Positions 58,268 to 64,000 of a stretch of DNA of 64,000 bases are shown one piece after another. Position 1 is the first letter of the stretch, and each line of letters starts with the position of its first letter. Location: the NCBI GenBank assembly GCA_049322915.1, contig JBMOPW010000012.1:65888-129887 (forward strand). Direction: 5' to 3'. The stretch comes from Candidatus Zhuqueibacterota bacterium. GTDB taxonomy: Bacteria; Zhuqueibacterota; Zhuqueibacteria; Thermofontimicrobiales; Thermofontimicrobiaceae. A program made the translations under genes and the position numbers. The notes under the pieces are model-generated. The model did not search any database, had not been told where the DNA came from, and saw nothing but the letters and a program-made list of their open reading frames with translations.

Positions 58268-59161
58268 ATGAATGTCATTGAAGTCAACGGTCTGACGAAA
58301 TTTTATGGCGCCATTCGCGGCGTTGAGGGAATCCGGTTTCAGGTCGGGCGCGGTGAGATTTTCGGATTTCTGGGGCCCAACGGTGCCGGCAAAACAACCA
58401 CCATCCATCTGATCATGAACCTGATCCATCCGGATCGCGGGACGATTCAGGTGTTCGGCGACAGGTTGGACAACGATCGGGTGGAATTACGCGACCGCAT
58501 GGGTTACTTGCCGGGCGACTTCAACGCCTATCGCGAAATGTCCGGCCGCAAATTTCTGAATTACATAGCCGGCTATCGCTCCCGTCCGCCAGCGCTTCGG
58601 GAGATGCTATTGGAGAAATTGAAACTGACGGCCAAAGACCTGGGCCAGATGACAAAGTATCTGTCCCACGGCACGCGACGGAAGCTGGGAATTGTCTTTG
58701 CGCTGGAACATGATCCGGATCTGGTAATTCTGGACGAACCGACACAGGGTCTCGATCCGTTGATGCAGGAAGCCTTTTACGAGATCATCCTCGATTTTCA
58801 GCAGCGGGGGAAAACCATCTTTTTTTCGTCCCACATCCTTCGGGAAGTCGAGCGAATCTGCCATCGTGTGGCCATCATCCGCGCGGGCAAAATCGTCACC
58901 GAAGAATCGATCTCGGCGCTGAAACAAAAACGCTCCCGTCGGCTCATCCTCGAATTCAACGATGAAAGCGCGGTCCAAAACATCAATGTACCGGGTGTGA
59001 AATTCATCAAAAAAATCGGCAGGCAATGGATGTACCAGGTCGAGGGCAACATCCCGGAATTGCTGGCGCAGTTATCCGCTCTGGCCATTGAGGACATCAT
59101 CTTTCCGGAGCCGAATCTGGAGGATATTTTTCTGGATTATTACACGGGAGAGAATTCTTGA
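58268..59161 (+). CDS. ABC exporter ATP-binding protein
   Basis: GPNGAGKTT, LSHG, ILDEP, SSH. Confidence 0.95.
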   Translation: MNVIEVNGLTKFYGAIRGVEGIRFQVGRGEIFGFLGPNGAGKTTTIHLIMNLIHPDRGTIQVFGDRLDNDRVELRDRMGYLPGDFNAYREMSGRKFLNYIAGYRSRPPALREMLLEKLKLTAKDLGQMTKYLSHGTRRKLGIVFALEHDPDLVILDEPTQGLDPLMQEAFYEIILDFQQRGKTIFFSSHILREVERICHRVAIIRAGKIVTEESISALKQKRSRRLILEFNDESAVQNINVPGVKFIKKIGRQWMYQVEGNIPELLAQLSALAIEDIIFPEPNLEDIFLDYYTGENS

Positions 59162-59967
59162 TCTACTGGAATTACATTCGAAAATCGCTGCGCGAGCATG
59201 CCGGCTTCATTCTGTTCTCGTGGATACTGGTCGGCATTTTTCAGTTGCTCATGGTGACGCTGGTGATCGAAGCCAATATCCTCAGCCTGGCCCAGGTCTT
59301 TTTCAATCAGTTCCCACCGATGGTGCAGCAATTTGTCAGCGAGGAATTGCTGGCTCAGTTCTCCATTGGTGGCGCTGTTGCATTTGGCTTCAACCATCCC
59401 ATTGTGCTCATTGTCCTGGCGCTCGTCGCCATCACCCTGCCGGCGAAACACATCGCCGGCGAAATCGAAAGCGGCACTCTGGAATTGATGCTTTCTCTGC
59501 CAGTAAACCGTACAAAATTGGCCGGCTCTTTGTGGGTATTTTCCGCAGCAGCCCTTCTGATCATCATCTCCGGCGCATGGATTGGTTCGCTCGTCGGTCG
59601 GTTATTTTATCCGCAATTGGGAGAAATCCCGATGCATCGCGTGATCTGGATCGGACTGCATCTCTGGCTGCTGATGCTGGTGATCAACGCCATGGCCTTT
59701 GCTGCGTCGGTTTTCTCCAGGGAACAGAGCAAGGTCGCTCAGCGCACCGCCGGCCTGGCGCTGCTGCTGTATTTTTTGTACTACGCAACAAAATTCTCGG
59801 ACAGCCTCCACCCTCTCAAATACCTCAGTCTCTTCTATTATTACCAGCCGCAGGAAATCATTTTCGGCAGAATACCTTTTTGGGGCGACATTCTGCTGCT
59901 ATCCATAACGCTGCTGTTGATGATTGGCTCGGTCTATAAATTCAAAAACCGGGGCATTCCCGGTTAA
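59158..59967 (+). CDS. ABC-2 type permease
   Basis: About 6 TMs; IAGEIESGTLELMLSLPV.R; YLSLFYYY; TTG start overlapping upstream stop. Confidence 0.88.
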   Translation: MIYWNYIRKSLREHAGFILFSWILVGIFQLLMVTLVIEANILSLAQVFFNQFPPMVQQFVSEELLAQFSIGGAVAFGFNHPIVLIVLALVAITLPAKHIAGEIESGTLELMLSLPVNRTKLAGSLWVFSAAALLIIISGAWIGSLVGRLFYPQLGEIPMHRVIWIGLHLWLLMLVINAMAFAASVFSREQSKVAQRTAGLALLLYFLYYATKFSDSLHPLKYLSLFYYYQPQEIIFGRIPFWGDILLLSITLLLMIGSVYKFKNRGIPG

Positions 59968-60243
59968 GCGGATAGCGTTAACAATCCATTTCCCTCGCAT
60001 CCGCTTTGTCAGGAGGAATCGTGCCTTCCTCCAACCACTCAAGCGCTGCCGCCATGTCAATGTCTGGCATTCTGTACATGTCGAAAGCAGAGTGCGTGAT
60101 ACATGCGCTTCGCAAGTCATTGAGCAGCTTGCGGCATCCGGTGGAAGCGACGAGTTCAGCGAATTCCGAGGCCATAGCCTTCACCAGATCGGAGTCAATA
60201 TCTCATTCGACTCTTCCCACCCCGCGCGGGTTTAGCCCGGTCA

Positions 60244-61632
60244 TCATTTCCAGTATTTGCTGATGAATTCCTGCACTTCCGGAATGCCGCCCTGGAAAAT
60301 CAAATAGCCGTTATGGGGCTCCCGCTCTGTAATTTCGCCGGCAATCGGGGTGAGCATGATATTCCGCACCTGGTCCGGATCCGAGGTTTGCCCCAATGCC
60401 CAGCCCAGTTTGACATATGCCACCTCCGGCAACATATTGGCCGCCGGAATAACGCCCAGTTCCATCATGTCGCGGCCGGTGTCGTAGACATACATCTGCA
60501 CATATCCCCACAACGTCTGCACGGTCATGTACATGGCAACGCCTTTATCGTGAGCGCGTTTCAGCGCCGGGTACAGCGGTTTGTTCACGTGTCCCAGTCC
60601 GGTGCCGGCAATGACAATGCCCTTGTATCCGTTATCAATCAGCGCATCGATGATATCCGGCTGCATGTTGGGATAATAATAAAGAATCGTCACCTTCTCT
60701 TCGAACGCGGTGTTGATGGTGACATTCCGGTCGCTGCGCCGATGTTTATAATCATCGCGCAGATGAACGAAACGGTCGCGGCTGACCATGGCCAGCGGAA
60801 TATCGCCGATGGTCCGAAAGGTCGACCGATAGCTGGAATGCATTTTGCGAACCCGCGTTCCCCGATGCAGCAAATCGTACTGGTCGCTGGTCGGGCCGAA
60901 CATGCAGACCATCACTTCAGCGATATCGCCCTCTGCCGCGCTTTTCGTCGCATTGATCAAATTCATGGCCGCATCCGAAGACGGCCGGTCGCTGGATCGC
61001 TGCGACCCGACCATCACAATCGGCACTGGCGAATTCTGCACCATGAACGACAGGATCGCCGACGTGTGGTGCATCGTGTCGGTCCCATGGCCGATCACAA
61101 TGCCGTCAACGCCCTTCTCGATTTCGCTGCCAATCGCCCGGGCCGTGCCAATCCACTGCTCCGGGCCCATGTTCTCGCTGAAAACGCCGTACAGCTTTTC
61201 GGTTTCCAGATTGCAGATATCCGCCAGCTCCGGGACCGAGCCGTACAGTTCCCCGGGCGAGAACGCCGGTATCACCGCGCCGGTGCGATAATCCAGCCGG
61301 CTGGCAATGGTGCCGCCGGTGCCAAACAGCTTGACGCGCGGCTTGTTCGGTTCGTACGGAAACGCCTTTTCCGGAATTTTGTAATGGGCCTTTTTATACC
61401 CCTTTTCCGTGATCTGCTCAATTGTCTCCACGGCAAGTCCCACATTGTACCCGTTGTGCAGTTTCAGCACGATGTGATGATCATCCGCGGTTTCGGATCT
61501 GGGGAGAATAATGCCGGAGAAGTCACCGCGCGTGGTATGCACTTCCACATCGCTCCACACCTGCACTGCGGCATTCTTCAATGCCGTGAGCGCCGGTCCC
61601 CGATAGCCTTTATATGTATCGTTGTCAGTCAT
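60244..61632 (-). CDS. gatD: Glu-tRNA(Gln) amidotransferase subunit D (archaeal-type glutaminase)
   Basis: N-terminal GIILPR...HIVLKL.NGYNVG domain; TGGTIASR.DY.TGAV, HGTDT, QRSSDRPSSDA, RKMHSS; adjacent to gatE; start at MTDND. Confidence 0.94.
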   Translation of the reverse strand: MTDNDTYKGYRGPALTALKNAAVQVWSDVEVHTTRGDFSGIILPRSETADDHHIVLKLHNGYNVGLAVETIEQITEKGYKKAHYKIPEKAFPYEPNKPRVKLFGTGGTIASRLDYRTGAVIPAFSPGELYGSVPELADICNLETEKLYGVFSENMGPEQWIGTARAIGSEIEKGVDGIVIGHGTDTMHHTSAILSFMVQNSPVPIVMVGSQRSSDRPSSDAAMNLINATKSAAEGDIAEVMVCMFGPTSDQYDLLHRGTRVRKMHSSYRSTFRTIGDIPLAMVSRDRFVHLRDDYKHRRSDRNVTINTAFEEKVTILYYYPNMQPDIIDALIDNGYKGIVIAGTGLGHVNKPLYPALKRAHDKGVAMYMTVQTLWGYVQMYVYDTGRDMMELGVIPAANMLPEVAYVKLGWALGQTSDPDQVRNIMLTPIAGEITEREPHNGYLIFQGGIPEVQEFISKYWK

Positions 61633-61651
61633 GCATTGTCCTTTTTCTCTT

Positions 61652-63580
61652 TCATTCACTGAGCCGATTGGTCACCTGAACCAGCACATCCGCGCCGGCG
61701 ACCCGGCCGCGTATTTCTTCCATCACCAGTCCCATGACGAATCGCTTCCTTCGCTCGAAATCCGGAATTGCCACCACCCGCGCTTCGGCGAGCACTTCAT
61801 CGATTTTTTCTTCAACCTGCCGCGCGGTTAATTTTTGGTAGTCCGGCGCAATCTCGTTCACCGGCAGATCCTCCTCCAGAATATCCCGGACGATGAGCGG
61901 AATCGCCTCCCGAAGGATGGCTCGCTCTTTGTACAACTGAAAAATTGATTTGATCATGTCATCGGTCAATTTCGCCACCGGCAAATTTTTCCGCTTGAGA
62001 TATTTCAAAAACTGAACGAGGAACACGGCAGCGAGTTTCGGCTCCACATTCTGCGATTGAGTCAATGCATCGAACAGATCGGCGCGGCCATTGAGCAGCA
62101 GGCCATCGATGAGCGTTTCGTCGAGACCCAGGCTCGTGTACTTTTTCCGACGCGCCCACGGCAGGGGCGGCAGCGCAGCGCGGATGCGCTCGATTCGTTC
62201 CGATGTCAATGCAATGGGCGGCAAATCGGTGTCCGGGTACATCCGATCCGGGCCGGGCAGAATGCGCTCGAAACCGGTAGTGCCGTCCGGCAAATCCTGG
62301 CGCGTCTCGCTGGGGACGCCGATGATGGCCTCCCTGGCGCGGATGGCGGCTTCATTGAGAGCGGTATCCACATCGGCCGGCGCGCCCCAGACGACAACCA
62401 GCGCATCGACCGGCTCGAAGTTGCTGACCTTTTTTATCTTCTGCCAGAACGTGCTGCCAATGGTTTCATCCTCCGTGTCCGAGTGAATCATATTGGGGAT
62501 GTTATCGAGACAGGCAATCACCCGAATGCGGTCGGAAATTTCCTTGGCAAAATTCGTCCCCGGCTGAGTCGGGAATTTCAGTATATCGCGAAAGCGCGGC
62601 AATTTCACGCACTTGATTTTTGACTCGTGGGTGATGAGATTTTTGATGGGGAGATAGCTGGTATTGCGCAGAATGTCGGTCACATCGAAGAATTCCGGCT
62701 TGAAAGAATCCGGGCTCAGACCGCGTGATTTCAGTTTCTCGCGAATATCGAGCAATGCCTTTTGCCGGCCGGCTTCGTTGTGGACCAGCCGGGGAATGAG
62801 CGGAATTCGCGACACGCCTTTAATCTCCACGCGCGTCCCGCCGCGGATGCTCACGTTGACATCCTGCCTCGCAGCGCCGATGCCGCGGTTCACCTTGCCG
62901 GTCGTCCGGGTGAGCCGTCGGATGAGCTGCGCCACATCGGCCACCTCCTGGGGTGTGCGCATGTCCGGATAGGTCACCACTTCAATCAGCGGCATGCCCA
63001 GCCTGTCGGTGCGATACGTCCGCAGATGGCCAGTGTCGCTCACTTCGCGGCAGGCATCTTCTTCCAGCCCCAATTGAATGATCCCGATTTTCCGATTGCG
63101 GTAGGGAATCACGCCGTCGATGCCCAGAATGGTCGTGCGCTGAAATCCAGTGGGGATGCTGCCATCCAGATACTGCTTTCTGGCAATGTGCAATTCGCTC
63201 ACCACATTGCATTTGAGCAGCAGGGTAATTTCCAGCGCAATGTCCAGAGCCTGCTGGTTCAACTCGAACGGCGGCGCATCATCCATCTCGTAGGTGCACA
63301 CAGTCTCATTGTTGAGCTGGTACACGATTTCCTTTTTGGTTTTGAACTCCATCAGCGCCGTGCCATCGTACTCACCCAATTCGGACAGCGTGGGACGCAT
63401 GTGCCGTAAAATTTCAGCATCATAATTTTTATCGTAATGCCCGGCAGGACAACGGCAGAACAGCTTGCGCTGCGTGTGCAATTGCTGGTGGATTTCCAGC
63501 CCTGCCTTCAGCCCCAACTCGGCATATCCATCAGGACTCATCTCTTCGAAATTATTAATCATTGTGTCGGTGTGCTCCAT
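61652..63580 (-). CDS. gatE: Glu-tRNA(Gln) amidotransferase subunit E (archaeal-type)
   Basis: LGLKAGLEIHQQL, RPTLSELGEYD, RKQYLDGSIPTGFQRT, LEEDA, DRLGMPLIE, RQDVNVSI, insertion domain, LPGPDRMYPDTD; start 63580 or 63562. Confidence 0.95.
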   Translation of the reverse strand: MEHTDTMINNFEEMSPDGYAELGLKAGLEIHQQLHTQRKLFCRCPAGHYDKNYDAEILRHMRPTLSELGEYDGTALMEFKTKKEIVYQLNNETVCTYEMDDAPPFELNQQALDIALEITLLLKCNVVSELHIARKQYLDGSIPTGFQRTTILGIDGVIPYRNRKIGIIQLGLEEDACREVSDTGHLRTYRTDRLGMPLIEVVTYPDMRTPQEVADVAQLIRRLTRTTGKVNRGIGAARQDVNVSIRGGTRVEIKGVSRIPLIPRLVHNEAGRQKALLDIREKLKSRGLSPDSFKPEFFDVTDILRNTSYLPIKNLITHESKIKCVKLPRFRDILKFPTQPGTNFAKEISDRIRVIACLDNIPNMIHSDTEDETIGSTFWQKIKKVSNFEPVDALVVVWGAPADVDTALNEAAIRAREAIIGVPSETRQDLPDGTTGFERILPGPDRMYPDTDLPPIALTSERIERIRAALPPLPWARRKKYTSLGLDETLIDGLLLNGRADLFDALTQSQNVEPKLAAVFLVQFLKYLKRKNLPVAKLTDDMIKSIFQLYKERAILREAIPLIVRDILEEDLPVNEIAPDYQKLTARQVEEKIDEVLAEARVVAIPDFERRKRFVMGLVMEEIRGRVAGADVLVQVTNRLSE

Positions 63581-63611
63581 GATTCTGTTTGATGCGAGAA
63601 TTGAACATTCA

Positions 63612-63640
63612 AAAATACAAAATTGGGCTGAGAATGTCAA
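63612..63640 (-). promoter_or_regulatory. sigma70-type promoter for gatED
   Basis: TTGACA-N17-TATTTT. Confidence 0.65.
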
Positions 63641-63911
63641 GCCTTTAAATGAATAATAAAATATTGTTTCAAAGATTGCCCTAATTTTATTATGTGAATT
63701 TTTCGCGCGCCCTAATAAAAAAACCGACATGCAGATTGCCGGTTTTTAGAATCGATATTTAAAATACAAGTGACCCGTTGAAAGTATATGCAATATATTC
63801 GATACTTTTTTATATCTGTAATGGGCAGTCGCGAGCGTCCACTACGCGTATGTCCAATAACAATATAGGGTAGTTGATCACAGGGGATCAAAAGTTGTAT
63901 TTGTTTACTTT

Positions 63912-63968
63912 GGACAGGATAACAGGATGATAATGATTTACCGGATTATTCTCTATCCGGTAATATCC
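63912..63968. repeat. Short iterated/inverted repeat remnant
   Basis: ACAGGATAACAGGAT tandem plus TTACCGGAT-N8-ATCCGGTAA palindrome. Confidence 0.4.
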
Positions 63969-64000
63969 TCACCTTTCTTTTTAGTTCTACCTTATGTGGA

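Noticed and set aside
60313..61662. 449-aa plus-strand ORF
   Set aside because: Antisense shadow of gatD, typical of codon-biased genes; no motifs.
1..64000. CRISPR array, rRNA, tRNA, integrase or transposase genes
   Set aside because: No regularly spaced repeat-spacer array, no recognisable rRNA or tRNA, and no ORF with tyrosine-recombinase, DDE or HUH motifs seen by eye.

Overview
64 kb of a Gram-negative (diderm) bacterial chromosome: it encodes a secretin, an Omp85-type barrel, lipoproteins and a sigma54 activator. The gene content is reminiscent of KSB1/Calditrichota-type genomes, but that is a low-confidence impression. Main content: an RRM protein; a malE-malF-malG-like sugar ABC operon split by a ~3.4 kb AT-rich island; an SGNH-TPR protein; a ribose-type ABC pair; DksA/TraR; an orphan NtrC-family regulator; an 11-gene type IV filament (T4P/T2SS-like) operon plus a separate pilin paralogue; an olsB/olsA-like pair; DHH, Omp85-peptidase, STAS, GT4, DUF2207, aldo-keto reductase, PAP2/DgkA, GH32-like, UroD-like, peptidase S51, AlaX and PhzF genes; a HAMP-GAF-SpoIIE phosphatase followed by two paralogous TPR lipoproteins and an ABC exporter; and an archaeal-type gatE-gatD pair. 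Highlights: (1) an integron gene cassette (RloC-like ATPase plus a 126-bp attC) sits inside a small ORF, with no integrase in the window, and exact removal at the G|TT crossover restores that ORF's frame; (2) the normally archaeal GatDE amidotransferase is present in a bacterium; (3) four TAAA-N15-(G/T)(C/T)CGATA sigma28-like promoters precede the pilus operon, the sigma54 activator, the STAS gene and a hypothetical gene, and sigma54 promoters occur elsewhere, suggesting a sigma28-to-sigma54 cascade; (4) anti-Shine-Dalgarno motifs recur inside or just before terminators (candidate sRNAs); (5) a three-copy REPIN-like repeat family. No rRNA, tRNA or CRISPR array was seen.
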